A stretch of 64,000 bases of DNA. Origin: an uncultured Candidatus Binatia bacterium. Lineage in GTDB: Bacteria > Desulfobacterota > Binatia > UBA9968 > JAJDTQ01. The position numbers and the translations under genes are program-made. The notes below the pieces were generated by a model. That model ran no database searches. It saw nothing but the letters and a program-made list of their open reading frames with translations, and was not told the DNA's origin. Where the stretch lies: assembly GCA_964291295.2 (NCBI GenBank), contig OZ219754.1, forward strand, positions 800,001 to 864,000, in the 5' to 3' direction. Below are positions 17,062 through 27,030 of the stretch, one piece after another (positions within the stretch are counted from its first letter, which is position 1; each line of letters starts with the position of its first letter).

Positions 17062-18621
17062 TTGGAACCCATCGAGTTCGTGGACACGACATTGCGGGAT
17101 GGACACCAGAGCCTGTGGGCCGAGTCCATGCGCACGGGCATGATGCTGGCGGTGGGCGAGCGCATGGACCGGGCCGGCTTCAAGGGCATGGAGCTGATGT
17201 CGAGCTCCCACATCAAGAAATGCGTGCGGGAACTGCACGAAGACCCTTGGGAGCGCATACGGCTGGTGGCCGGACGCATCCGGGAAACGCCGTTGCGGGT
17301 CATCATCGGGGGCCGCAACGGCTTCGAGCTGACGCCGGAGTCCATCCAGCGGATCTTCCTGGAACGGATGGCGGCCAACGGCGTGCGCCAGGGGCGCATC
17401 TCCGACGAGTGGAACGATCCCGCGGGGTGGCGCCGGACCTTGCGCCTGGCCACGGCGGCGGGGCTTGAGCCGATCCTGAACATCATCTACTCGGTGTCGC
17501 CCAGGCACACCGATGTCTACTTCGCGGAGCGGGCCCGGCAGGCGGCCGCACTTCCGGTGGCGCGGCTGTGCCTCAAGGACCCCGGCGGCCTGCTGACGCC
17601 GGACCGCACCCGCGTGCTGGTGCCTCTCATCAAGGAGAACAGCGGCGGCCTGCCGCTGGAGTTCCACACCCATTGCACCACCGGTCTGGGACCGCTGTGC
17701 GCCCTGGAAGCCATCCGGCAGGGCATCCGCATCATCAACACCGCGCTGCCGCCGCTGGCCAACGGCTCGTCCAACCCGTCGCTGTTCAACGTCGCCGCCA
17801 ACGCCCGCAGCCTGGGCTTCGAGACCGCGGTGGACGAAGAGATGCTGCGGCCGGTGTCCGCGTACTTCACCGCGGTGGCGCGGCGGGAGGGGTTCCCCAT
17901 CGGCGCGCCGGTGGAATACGATTGCAACCAGTACCGGCATCAGGTACCGGGCGGCATGATCTCGAATCTGCGCCACCAGCTCGCCCGGGTGGGCCTCGGC
18001 GACCACATGGAGCGGGCGCTGGAGGAGGTGGTGCGGGTGCGCGAGGAGCTGGGCTACCCCATCATGGTGACGCCGCTGTCGCAGTTCGTGGGCAGCCAGG
18101 CGGCCATCAACATCATCGTCGGGGAGCGCTACGGGCAGGTCACCGACCAGGTGATCCTCTACGCGCTGGGGCGCTGGGGCCGGGAAGGCAGCGAAGGCAT
18201 GGACGCCGGCGTCAAGGACCGTATCCTGGCCTGCCCGCGGGCCCGGGAGCTGGCCGCGTGGGAACCGCCGGAGCCCACCCTCCGGGAACTGCGCGCCAAG
18301 TACGGCGGTGCCGGTGTCCCGGACGAGGAACTGCTGCTGCGCTATTTCCTGACCCGCGAGGAGATCGACACCATGCGCGCGGCCGGCCCGCCCCGGGACT
18401 ACCCCTTCGACAGGAATCGCGTGACGCGGCGGCTGGCGGGTTTCACGCGGCGGCGGGACTACGACGACATTCGCGTGCGCCGCGGGGGATTCGCCCTGCA
18501 TCTTTCACGGAACGCATCCTCCCGCGGAGGTGGGCGGCGTCCCGCAATTGACCCCAACGCTCCCCTCGACCATTCGGCGGCTACGATACCGGAGGAGGCA
18601 TCCGGAAGTGGCGGTGGATGA
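17062..18621 (+). CDS. Pyruvate carboxylase B / oxaloacetate decarboxylase alpha-like carboxyltransferase, without biotin domain
   Basis: DTTLRDGHQSL, CLKD, FHTHCTTG, HQVPGGMISN, GYPIMVTPLSQ; no AMKM biotinyl motif. Confidence 0.85.
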   Translation: MEPIEFVDTTLRDGHQSLWAESMRTGMMLAVGERMDRAGFKGMELMSSSHIKKCVRELHEDPWERIRLVAGRIRETPLRVIIGGRNGFELTPESIQRIFLERMAANGVRQGRISDEWNDPAGWRRTLRLATAAGLEPILNIIYSVSPRHTDVYFAERARQAAALPVARLCLKDPGGLLTPDRTRVLVPLIKENSGGLPLEFHTHCTTGLGPLCALEAIRQGIRIINTALPPLANGSSNPSLFNVAANARSLGFETAVDEEMLRPVSAYFTAVARREGFPIGAPVEYDCNQYRHQVPGGMISNLRHQLARVGLGDHMERALEEVVRVREELGYPIMVTPLSQFVGSQAAINIIVGERYGQVTDQVILYALGRWGREGSEGMDAGVKDRILACPRARELAAWEPPEPTLRELRAKYGGAGVPDEELLLRYFLTREEIDTMRAAGPPRDYPFDRNRVTRRLAGFTRRRDYDDIRVRRGGFALHLSRNASSRGGGRRPAIDPNAPLDHSAATIPEEASGSGGG

Positions 18622-19402
18622 AGTGCGCCAGCAGGGTGACGAAGAACAGCGCCACCGCCACCAGCACGATGGAGCCGCCGGAGGCAATGTCGAAAGTATA
18701 CGCCAGCACCAGACCCGCGGCGCCTGACAGCGATCCGATGGCGGCCGCCAGCAGCACCTGCCAGCGGAAGTTCGACGCCCAGAGCGCCGCGACGGCGGCG
18801 GGCACCACCAGCAGCGCCTGGATGAGCAACAGGCCCACGAGCCTCACGCCCAGGACCACGGTGAGGGCCAGCACCACCAGCAGCAGCACGTTGAGCCCCA
18901 GGACCTTGTGGCCGTAGGCCGCCGCCACCTCCTCGTCGAAAGCCACCAGCAGATGTTCCTTGAAGGTCAGCAGCATGACCGCCATGAGCACTGCGCTCAC
19001 GCAGCCGAGTGCCACCAGTTCCGCGGTGGAGATGGCCAGCACGTTGCCGAAGAGGTAACTGAAGAGGTCCTGCTGGTAGCCGCTCTTCATGCTGAAGAGA
19101 ACCACGCCCAGGGCCATGGAGCCGGAGAAGAAGACGCCGATGACCGTGTCTTCGCTGATCCTGTCGCTGCGGCTCACCAGCGCGATACCCAGCGCCACGG
19201 CAATGGCGAAAAAGGCCCCGGTCAGCAGGGGACTCCACCCCGCCAGGATGCCGATGGCCACCCCGCCGATGGCCGAGTGGGAAATTCCGACGCCGATGAA
19301 CGCCAGGCGGCGCTGCACCACGAAGAAACCCAGGACGCCGCACAGAAGCCCCACCAGGACCGCGGCCGCCAGGGCTCGCTGCATGAAGGCGAACTCGAAC
19401 AT
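18581..19402 (-). CDS. Zn/Mn ABC transporter permease (ZnuB-like)
   Basis: FMQRAL, ISHSAIGG, YLFGNVL, AFDEE. Confidence 0.9.
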   Translation of the reverse strand: MFEFAFMQRALAAAVLVGLLCGVLGFFVVQRRLAFIGVGISHSAIGGVAIGILAGWSPLLTGAFFAIAVALGIALVSRSDRISEDTVIGVFFSGSMALGVVLFSMKSGYQQDLFSYLFGNVLAISTAELVALGCVSAVLMAVMLLTFKEHLLVAFDEEVAAAYGHKVLGLNVLLLVVLALTVVLGVRLVGLLLIQALLVVPAAVAALWASNFRWQVLLAAAIGSLSGAAGLVLAYTFDIASGGSIVLVAVALFFVTLLAHFIHRHFRMPPPVS

Positions 19403-19459
19403 CAGGAGATCTTCCCTCCCCGGCGGGGAGGAGAGTTTTCCCGGCCTGCGACCGGCGTG

Positions 19460-20245
19460 TCAACCCTCATGTGGATGGCCGGGCGCTTCGTGACGGGCGA
19501 GTTCGCCACCCAGGAAGTCGAACTCACAGCAGTAGGCTTCGCGAATGGCGTGGCTGTGGATCACATCCCTGGCGTTCCCGTGGATATGCATGCGCTGGTT
19601 GATGCAGATCAGCTCGTCGCTCTGCCCGGCCATGGCCACGAGGTCGTGGGACACCGCCACGATGGTCAGGGTGAGATCGCGAACAAGCCGGCGCAACAGC
19701 GCGTAGAATTCGTGCTCCGCGGGCAGGTCGAGGCCCACCGTGGGCTCGTCGAGCACCAGCAAGCGGGTGCTGGCGCACAGCGCCTGGGCCAGCATGACGC
19801 GGCGCTGCTCGCCGCCGGAAATCCGGCCCACGGGACGATCCCTGCGGTCCTGAATGCCCACCAGCGCCAGGCTTTCGTCCACCCGCTGCCAGTCCCTGCG
19901 TCCGGAGAAGCCCAACAGGCCAAGCTGCCGCAATCGCCCCATCAGCACCACGTCGCCGACGGTGGCCGGAAACTCGACGGGGATACTCTGGCGTTGCGGC
20001 ACGTAGCCGATGGTTTGCGAGCGCTTCCCGCCGGGGGGAGCGCCGAACACTTCGACGCGGCCGCTCACCACCGGCACGAGACCCATGATGGTGCGCAGGA
20101 GTGTCGTCTTGCCGGCGCCATTGGGTCCGACGATGCCCAGGAATCCGCCCTCGCGCACATCGAAGTTGATGTCGTGCAAGACGGAACGGCCGTCGAGTTC
20201 CACCGCCACGTCGCTCACGTGGACGGCGACCGGGTCTCCGTTCAA
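19460..20245 (-). CDS. Zn/Mn ABC transporter ATPase (ZnuC-like)
   Basis: GPNGAGKT, GYVPQ, ISGGEQRR, LDEPT; His-rich tail. TTG start overlaps the SBP stop. Confidence 0.9.
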   Translation of the reverse strand: MNGDPVAVHVSDVAVELDGRSVLHDINFDVREGGFLGIVGPNGAGKTTLLRTIMGLVPVVSGRVEVFGAPPGGKRSQTIGYVPQRQSIPVEFPATVGDVVLMGRLRQLGLLGFSGRRDWQRVDESLALVGIQDRRDRPVGRISGGEQRRVMLAQALCASTRLLVLDEPTVGLDLPAEHEFYALLRRLVRDLTLTIVAVSHDLVAMAGQSDELICINQRMHIHGNARDVIHSHAIREAYCCEFDFLGGELARHEAPGHPHEG

Positions 20246-21402
20246 TTGCCCTTCCCCTTCATCGCCTGCCGGAAAGCGCGGGCGTTGAACAGCATCAACT
20301 CCTCGTAGGTGTCGCGCGCCGGGTCGCCGGGGTCGCCCAGCGGATCCACCATCACCGTTCCGGCGTCGAACTCCGCGGCGAGGGTCCGCGCCACCCGCGA
20401 ATCCAGTTGCGGCTCCACCAGTATGGCACCGACCCCCAGAGCGCGGGCGGAGCGCACGAGGTTGGCGACTTCCCGGGGGGTCGGCTCCTCGCCGGCGAAC
20501 TCCTGAACCACCGCGACCTTCTCCAGGCCGTAGCGTTCGGCGAAATAGGGCCACGCCGCGTGAAAGGCAATGTACCGGCGCGTCTTCGCCCTGTCCATCT
20601 CCGCTGCGATCCGCTGGTGCAGAGCCGTCAACCGCTCATGGAAGTCCTGCCGGCGCCTCTCGTACCAAGCCTTGCCGGCCGGATCCGCCGCCGTCAACCG
20701 CTCGACCAGTACCGGAACGACCGCGTCTCTCACACGGATGGGGTCCAGCCAGAAATGCGGGTCGAGCCCTTCGCCTTCCTCGCCGTGGTGCTCCTCCTTC
20801 CCGGCCATCTTCTCTTCACCGTGATCATGGTGCTCTTTCTCCGCCGCCACTTTATCGTCGTGGTGGTGATGGTGTTCTTTCTCCGCCTGGTGGTGGTGCT
20901 CCTTTTCCGCCACCTTCTCCTTGTGGTGGTGCTCGCCGTGATGCCCCTCACCGTGGTGGTGATCTTTCTCCGTCACCTTCGCTTCGTCGTGGTGATGCTC
21001 CTTCTCCGCCGCCGGCTCCTCGCCGTGGTGGTGGTCGTGGTGCTCGCCTTCAAGGGGTTTCAGATTCGGGGCCTCGATCAGACGCACGATCTCGATATCT
21101 TGGGAGGCCGCCCCGAGAAGCTGTTCGGACCAGGCATCAAGGCCTCCACCGACGACCACCAGTTGCCGCGCCCGAGCCAGTTTCCTCATGTCACTCGGTA
21201 CGGGCTCGAACGTATGGGGGCTCGCACCCGGCGGCACCAGCACGTCCACCTTGACCCGCTCGCCTGCCAACTCCTCAACGATATACGCCAACGGAATCAC
21301 GCTGGTGACGACGTTCAACGATGGCCCGCTGGCAAAGGCTGGCAGCACGCTGATCCAGCAGCTTGCCAAAGTCAGGACAAAAAAGCTCCACGGTCTTCTC
21401 AT
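20242..21402 (-). CDS. Zn ABC substrate-binding protein (ZnuA/AdcA-like) with a very long His-rich loop
   Basis: Signal peptide, SPHTFEP, DPHFWLDP, FHAAW; ~95-aa loop of EKEHHH-like repeats. Confidence 0.92.
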   Translation of the reverse strand: MRRPWSFFVLTLASCWISVLPAFASGPSLNVVTSVIPLAYIVEELAGERVKVDVLVPPGASPHTFEPVPSDMRKLARARQLVVVGGGLDAWSEQLLGAASQDIEIVRLIEAPNLKPLEGEHHDHHHGEEPAAEKEHHHDEAKVTEKDHHHGEGHHGEHHHKEKVAEKEHHHQAEKEHHHHHDDKVAAEKEHHDHGEEKMAGKEEHHGEEGEGLDPHFWLDPIRVRDAVVPVLVERLTAADPAGKAWYERRRQDFHERLTALHQRIAAEMDRAKTRRYIAFHAAWPYFAERYGLEKVAVVQEFAGEEPTPREVANLVRSARALGVGAILVEPQLDSRVARTLAAEFDAGTVMVDPLGDPGDPARDTYEELMLFNARAFRQAMKGKGN

Positions 21403-21456
21403 TGCATGCTCCTGTCGGTTCGGAAAAGAATCGTCGGTTCGAAATAGAATCAAATC

Positions 21457-21476
21457 ATTGAGAACAATATCTCAAT
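21457..21476. promoter_or_regulatory. Palindromic Fur/Zur-family-like operator upstream of the znuA-like gene
   Basis: ATTGAGA-ACAATA-TCTCAAT inverted repeat inside an AT-rich patch, with outer GAATCA...TGATTC. Confidence 0.55.
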
Positions 21477-21544
21477 ATCATCTGATTCACAAGTGCATTG
21501 TCAACTTCGATTCCACCGGCGACCCGGGCGCCGTCCGAAGACCC

Positions 21545-22669
21545 TCAGCCGCCAGCCCGCGGGAAGGCGCTGTTGCGCAGCTTCCGCCCCTGGCGCCCGA
21601 AGCCCTTTCTGGCGAAACTCCGGAGCAACAGGAAAACCAGGGCCACCGCCGACAGCGCCTTGAGCGCGAACAGCGCGCCGGCACCCTGCCCAAGCTCGCC
21701 AAAGGAGACCACCCGGATGGCGTCGGCCAGGGTCGCATCCACCAGCAGGCCCGAGGCCAGGCTCACCACCACGATGGCGCCAAGGTAGACGCCGAGATGG
21801 CGGCGCCCCAGGAGCTGACCCACCACGGCCATGGTGGCAAGGTTGGTGGCCGGCCCCACCAGCAGGAACACCAGCGCCGCGCCCGGAGAGAGGCCCTTGG
21901 CCATGAGCGTGGCGGCGACGGGTGTGGAAGCACTGGCGCAGAGATACAATGGCAGACCCACCACGATCATGGCCAGCATGGGCACGAGTCCCGAGCCCCA
22001 GCCGAGCACCTCGCTGAAGAAGTCGTCGGGCAGAAGTCCCGCCAGGATCCCGGTCAGCAACAGGCCGGCGAAGAGCGACAGCGCGATGTCGTCCAGCACC
22101 AAGTTGAAGCCGTATTCCAGGGACCGAAAGAAACGGCGCGCCCGGGAGGTAGCCTCCACGGGCGCGCAGGTCTCACCGCACGCCTCGCCGTCCACGCCCT
22201 CGCACGCACAGGCGTCGTCGCAGCAAGCGTGGTCCGGCGGCGCACCGGCCGATTCCTCCCGGACGCCCATGGAGGCAATGCCGGCAACCAGCGCGGTCAC
22301 CACCGCCACCACGGGACGGACCACGGCCATGACCGGACCCATCAGCCCGTAGGTCAGCGCCACCGAATCCGGCCCGGTCTCGGGGGTCGAGATCAGGAAC
22401 GAAACCAGCGGCGCCCGGCCGGCCCCTTGCCGCTGGAAGGACGCCGCCGCCGGCAGGACGCCGCACGAGCACAGGGGTATCGGCGCACCGAAGAGCGCGG
22501 CGAGGGCCACCGAGCGCACGTCGTTCCGGCCCAGGTGGCGCCCGATGAGGTTCGCCGGCAGATACACGTACAGCAGTCCGGCGACGAAGAATCCGACCAG
22601 GAGATACACCGAGGCTTCGCAAAAGACCCCCAGGGTTTCCCGGGCGACAGCGCTCCACAGCGATTCCAC
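21545..22669 (-). CDS. SO_0444/ArsP-type permease (putative Cu/Zn transporter)
   Basis: PIPLCSCGVLP, FLISTPETG, YLCASASTP, GPATN; Cys-rich cytoplasmic loop HACCDDACAC. Confidence 0.85.
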   Translation of the reverse strand: MESLWSAVARETLGVFCEASVYLLVGFFVAGLLYVYLPANLIGRHLGRNDVRSVALAALFGAPIPLCSCGVLPAAASFQRQGAGRAPLVSFLISTPETGPDSVALTYGLMGPVMAVVRPVVAVVTALVAGIASMGVREESAGAPPDHACCDDACACEGVDGEACGETCAPVEATSRARRFFRSLEYGFNLVLDDIALSLFAGLLLTGILAGLLPDDFFSEVLGWGSGLVPMLAMIVVGLPLYLCASASTPVAATLMAKGLSPGAALVFLLVGPATNLATMAVVGQLLGRRHLGVYLGAIVVVSLASGLLVDATLADAIRVVSFGELGQGAGALFALKALSAVALVFLLLRSFARKGFGRQGRKLRNSAFPRAGG

Positions 22670-22720
22670 GGCTCAGACCTCCCGCTCCGGCAGGTGACGC
22701 CATTGCGATGACCGGAGTCG

Positions 22721-23344
22721 CTAAGTCGACGGCGAGGTTTCGAGTGTTCTCAGATCCTTCAGCAGCACGTCGGGGTCGGGAGCGGAACCGAAATAGGCGA
22801 AGCGCATCACCCCCTCCGCGTCCGCCACCACGGTGAGGGTCGTATGCTCGATGAGTCCCCGGGCGAGCCGCCGCACGCTCACGCCGAAACCCTGCCACAC
22901 CCGACTCAGCTTCCGGGCCTCGCCGGTCAGCCACGACCAGTTGGGGGCATCGGCCTCGTGCCGCCGGCTGTAGGCCTTGAGCACCTCGGGCGTATCCACT
23001 TCCGGATCCGTGGTGATGGACAGGAAGCGGATGTCCCGGGCCTCCGCCGGGTTCATGTGATCCCGGACGATCTTGAGACTCGCCGTCAGCAGCGGACAGA
23101 CGTCCGGGCACGACGTGTACATGAAGTTGATGACCATCGGCTTGCCCCGGAGGCTTGCGAACTCCACTTGGCTGCCGTCCTGGTCGGTGAGAGTGAAGTT
23201 GTCGATGAGGACGTCCAGTTCGCGGCGCTCCGCGAACTCGACCTTGAGGATGGATTTGTGGGCCAACGCCTCCGTGCCCGCTGCGAGCACGAACGCCAGC
23301 GCCAGCGCGGCGGACCCGAGCGTTCCGAGGATGATCGACCTCAT
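22721..23344 (-). CDS. SCO family copper chaperone
   Basis: FTLTDQDG, FMYTSCPDVCP (CxxxC), ITTDPEVDT, conserved His in IEHT. ATG overlaps the UbiD TGA (ATGA). Confidence 0.88.
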   Translation of the reverse strand: MRSIILGTLGSAALALAFVLAAGTEALAHKSILKVEFAERRELDVLIDNFTLTDQDGSQVEFASLRGKPMVINFMYTSCPDVCPLLTASLKIVRDHMNPAEARDIRFLSITTDPEVDTPEVLKAYSRRHEADAPNWSWLTGEARKLSRVWQGFGVSVRRLARGLIEHTTLTVVADAEGVMRFAYFGSAPDPDVLLKDLRTLETSPST

Positions 23345-24774
23345 ACCCCCCATTTTCTGGCGACCTTTTCCTTGTACTGCGGCTCGAACGCGTTCACCGG
23401 CGGAAACCGGTCGATCCACTGGTACGGCCGGCAGGCGTCGATGAGCACGCGGTCGGTGACGTAGCCCCGGGTGTCCCGGTCCATGGGCGAGATGACCGGC
23501 TCGCACACCGAGGCCCACACGTTCTTCACGATATCGATGCCCTCGCGCGGGTCGCAGCGGGTGGACATGGCCCAGATCACCTCGCCGGGATTGGTGATGT
23601 CCACGTCGTCGTCCACCACCACCACCATCTTGCCGCCGTAGGCGCCGGCCCGGGCGCCCGCGGCCACCAGCAGCGCCTGCTTGGCATGGCCGGTGTAGCG
23701 CTGCTTGATGGAGATGACGGTGAACGGTCCCGGCTGGCCGCCGTAGACGAAGCCCCAGACGCCCTTCACGTCCGGAATCCCGGCCTTCTCCAGCTGTTCC
23801 CAGAGCGTGATGGCACCCAGGGGGATGGGCAGATAGCTGTTGGGCGGCCGCACGGGCGGTGCGCCGAGCATGATGGGATCGTCGCGGTAATAGACCCGCT
23901 TCACGGTCATGAGCGGGACGTCGCCCTCGGTGGCCTCGGTGTAGTAGCCCGGCCATTCGCCGAAGGGGCCTTCCTTGGGAAGCTGCTCCGGCGGCAGCGG
24001 CGGGATCTCGCCTTCCAGCACCACCTCGCCGTTGGCGGGGAGGGGCAGGCCGGTGACGGCGCCCCGGACCACCGGGATGGGGCTGCCCTGAATCCAGCCG
24101 GCGAACTCGTACTCGCTCACCGACGGCGGCAACGGCATCTGCGACGCCAGCATGACGCTGGGCTCCTGTCCCAGCGAGATGGCCACGGGCAGCGCCTCGC
24201 CCCGGGCATGGGCCCGCTCCATGGCCAGCCGCCCGTGCTTGCCCTTGTTCATCTTGACCGAGACCTTGTTCTTCTCCTGGACCATCACCCGATAAGTGCC
24301 GATGTTGATGCCGCCGGACTCCGGGTCTCTGGTGATGACGCCGCATCCGGTGCCGATGTAGCGGCCGCCGTCGAGGTCGTGCCACAGCGGCGTCGGAAAC
24401 CGGGTCAGGTCCACCTCGTCCTCGTCCATCTGGTTGTCGAACACCGGCCCGCCCTCCACCTGCTCGCAGGGCAGCGGCTGGAACTCCAGCGACCGCTTGC
24501 GCCAGGCGTGGAGAAAGCCCACCCCCTTGACGTCCGTGGGCAGCCCCATGGCCACCGCCGAACGCCGGCAGGTGCGAAACAGATTCGAGACGATGCGAAA
24601 CCCCTTGGGAAACCCGTCGAATCCGTCGAACAGCAGCGCCGACGACTCAATGTCGCCCATATGCTCCGTGAGCGCGCCCACGTCGGTGTCGAGGTCTGCG
24701 CCCTCGATGCGTTTCACCTCGCCCATGGCATCCAGGCGTTCGATGAAGCTCCGCATGTCGGTTACCGGCTGCAT
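23341..24774 (-). CDS. UbiD family (prFMN-dependent) decarboxylase
   Basis: DGGRYIGT, NIGTYR, EGPFGEWPGYY, VVDDDVD. Confidence 0.92.
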   Translation of the reverse strand: MQPVTDMRSFIERLDAMGEVKRIEGADLDTDVGALTEHMGDIESSALLFDGFDGFPKGFRIVSNLFRTCRRSAVAMGLPTDVKGVGFLHAWRKRSLEFQPLPCEQVEGGPVFDNQMDEDEVDLTRFPTPLWHDLDGGRYIGTGCGVITRDPESGGINIGTYRVMVQEKNKVSVKMNKGKHGRLAMERAHARGEALPVAISLGQEPSVMLASQMPLPPSVSEYEFAGWIQGSPIPVVRGAVTGLPLPANGEVVLEGEIPPLPPEQLPKEGPFGEWPGYYTEATEGDVPLMTVKRVYYRDDPIMLGAPPVRPPNSYLPIPLGAITLWEQLEKAGIPDVKGVWGFVYGGQPGPFTVISIKQRYTGHAKQALLVAAGARAGAYGGKMVVVVDDDVDITNPGEVIWAMSTRCDPREGIDIVKNVWASVCEPVISPMDRDTRGYVTDRVLIDACRPYQWIDRFPPVNAFEPQYKEKVARKWGV

Positions 24775-25080
24775 TCCATTCTCCCTTCTCTCTCCTCCCG
24801 CTGGCCTCAAAGGGGCGCTGGCTCAGGGTGCCTCGGGTTCTCAGCGGCGCTTTCGGATTCGCGGCCCGTCCGACTGCGTCGAACCGGGATGGTCTCGTTG
24901 CGCGAGTCCCGTGCTTGATCTCCTTGCGTGACCTTTGGCGCATGCGCGACGCGACGATTCTCGCCGATTCCATTTGAGCCGTACCACAGTATGCGGAGGA
25001 TTTCGAATAGTTTTCGAGGAGTCCGGGCGCGCCGCCAACTCGGTTTGCGGCTCCATCGAGGCATCACCTATGGTGACGCC

Positions 25081-25950
25081 ATGGGCGGACTGATATGGGG
25101 CTTGTGCGGCGCCAGCCTGATCGGCGTTTCCGACTGCGTGGCGCGGGTGACGGCGAACCGTGTCTCCCTGTCCGTGATCATCACGGTTGTCATGGCCATC
25201 CCCTTTGCCGGCATGACGGTCTGGTTCGCGTTCACCGGCGGTTGGCCCGGCTGGGAGGCGTCGGGCTGGGGCGCCTCGGCCTTGTCCGGCCTTCTGAACG
25301 TGGCGGTGCTGGCGCTGCTGTTCCGAGCGCTCGCGCGGGGACCGGTAACGGTGGCGTCCCCCGCCGTGTCGAGCTTCTCGGTGATTCTCGTGGCGCTGAA
25401 CGTGCTGGCCGGCCAGCCCTTTCACCGGCTGCACGGGATCGCGGTGCTGACGGTCTTTATCGGCGTCGCCATGCTGGCCCGACCCGACCGGCCGGGAAAG
25501 GAGCGCTACGACCGCGTCTGGTTGCGCGTCACTGCGCTGCTGGGGCTTGGTGCGGCGGTGGCGACGGCGCTTCGCATGTTCTTCGCACAGGAGGCCGGCG
25601 CCGTGCTCGGCCCGTTTCCCGCGGTCTATCTGAACCGCCTCTTCGCCCTGGCCAGCGCACTGGGCTTCCTGACCCTGGAACGGCAGCGGCAAAGCCGGCT
25701 CTCCTGGCCCGACCGGACCACATGGCCGCTCGTCATCGCCCAGGCATTGCTGGAATCGGCGGCGCTGTTCGCCTTCCTGACCGGCTCCGCCAGCGGCGGG
25801 CGTGTCGCCGCGACCATCGGCTTCTCCGCCTTCTCCGCAGTCACGGCCTTCACCGCATGGCTGTGGCTCGGAGACCGGGTCGGACTCCGACGGCTGTTCT
25901 GGATGACCGTGGTCGCGATGGGCGTGGCGGTGGGTTCGTTGGGCAAGTGA
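25081..25950 (+). CDS. DMT/EamA family transporter
   Basis: Two hydrophobic repeats, ALARGPVTVASP. Confidence 0.75.
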   Translation: MGGLIWGLCGASLIGVSDCVARVTANRVSLSVIITVVMAIPFAGMTVWFAFTGGWPGWEASGWGASALSGLLNVAVLALLFRALARGPVTVASPAVSSFSVILVALNVLAGQPFHRLHGIAVLTVFIGVAMLARPDRPGKERYDRVWLRVTALLGLGAAVATALRMFFAQEAGAVLGPFPAVYLNRLFALASALGFLTLERQRQSRLSWPDRTTWPLVIAQALLESAALFAFLTGSASGGRVAATIGFSAFSAVTAFTAWLWLGDRVGLRRLFWMTVVAMGVAVGSLGK

Positions 25951-25971
25951 GGGCTCATCCCTATCCAGGCT

Positions 25972-26950
25972 TCACGCCGCCCGACCGGTGGAAGGCCGGG
26001 CGTCCGGCGCACTTGAAGCCGAAGGCGGCTGCGGGACAGCGGTATTTGAGTGTGCCGCAGACACCGCACCCGGCCTCGAACCCCTGGAACGCCATCGCAC
26101 GGACCTCGCCGGTCTGCGGGCAGACGCAGGACACCCGACCGCGCTCGTCATGAACGACGACGTCAGCGCGCTCGGGGAACAGCGGTCACGTGATCGGCCG
26201 GGCCGGGTCATGGCTCGGCTCCTGCTTCTCGACCCGCCACATGAGCCGCGTGTCGATCAGCGGGCGGATATGCCACCTGTCCTATAGCCGCGCCTTCATG
26301 CGGGCGTTGTCGAGACCGCGGTCGGCGCTGAAGTCGGCACAGCGCCCGGCCATCTCGGGCGCCCCGGCGAACAACTCCTCCAGCATCCCGGACAGCACCC
26401 TGGGTTCGGACGCCGATACCCGTGTCACCTCGAAAGCCACAGGGATCTCGTAGTCCGTGTCGGCGATCAGGTGCAGCCCGTAGCCGAACCACGACTTCAC
26501 CTTCTTCCAAGCCGCGCCGGTCTTCGCGTTCACCCCACTCGTCTCGTGCTTCCCCCAGTCGGCATCGGGGTCCGAGGTCTTCCCTCTGTCACCGGCAATC
26601 CGGCCCGTCGAGTGGCTCGCCACCGCCTTGCCGTCGTAGCCGAGATGGCGCCCGAACCCGGGCAGCTCCTCGAACAGCGAGGCGCGCAGGCGCCCGATCA
26701 TCCCCGACACAAGGCCCCACTTGTCCTCAAGCCGCACCACGCGCCCCAGGAACCGCGAGAAGTTCCAGGAGCCCGGCGCCGTCGAGCGCAACGGCGCCGG
26801 ATGCCTCACCGCGCGCCCCGCGCGAAGCGCCGTCAACGGCGCACCCTGCCATGGCAGCGCCTCGAGCCCGCAAACCTCCAAAAGCGCCGGGTTGCGGCCC
26901 AACTCCCGCAGAAGCGACTGCATCGAGGCGTGCTGGAACACGGTCCCCGC
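25972..26950 (-). pseudogene. DDE transposase remnant (IS4/IS5/IS1182-like superfamily)
   Basis: YDGK, DPDADWG, WFGYGLHLIAD, ADRGLD. Premature TAG at 26282-26284 after which the reading frame continues (DRWHIRPLIDTR). N-terminus missing. Confidence 0.8.
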
Positions 26951-27030
26951 AATTAAGGAGTTCGCCGAGGCGGCTCTGCGGGATGTTGGCAATGCGGGCG
27001 AGCACGTCGGCGAGCGGGTCAACTCCAAGC
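26951..27030 (-). mobile_element. IS66 TnpC C-terminal fragment
   Basis: LGVDPLADVLARIANIPQSRLGELL resembles the IS66 C-terminal motif (GVDP..YL.DVL.RI...P..RL.ELLP). Confidence 0.6.

Noticed and set aside
15556-18501. Long antisense or overlapping ORFs (981 aa here; also 13583-15559, 40658-43051, 47682-49529, 55745-57442 and others)
   Set aside because: Shadow ORFs typical of high-GC DNA, lying opposite well-supported genes and lacking family motifs.
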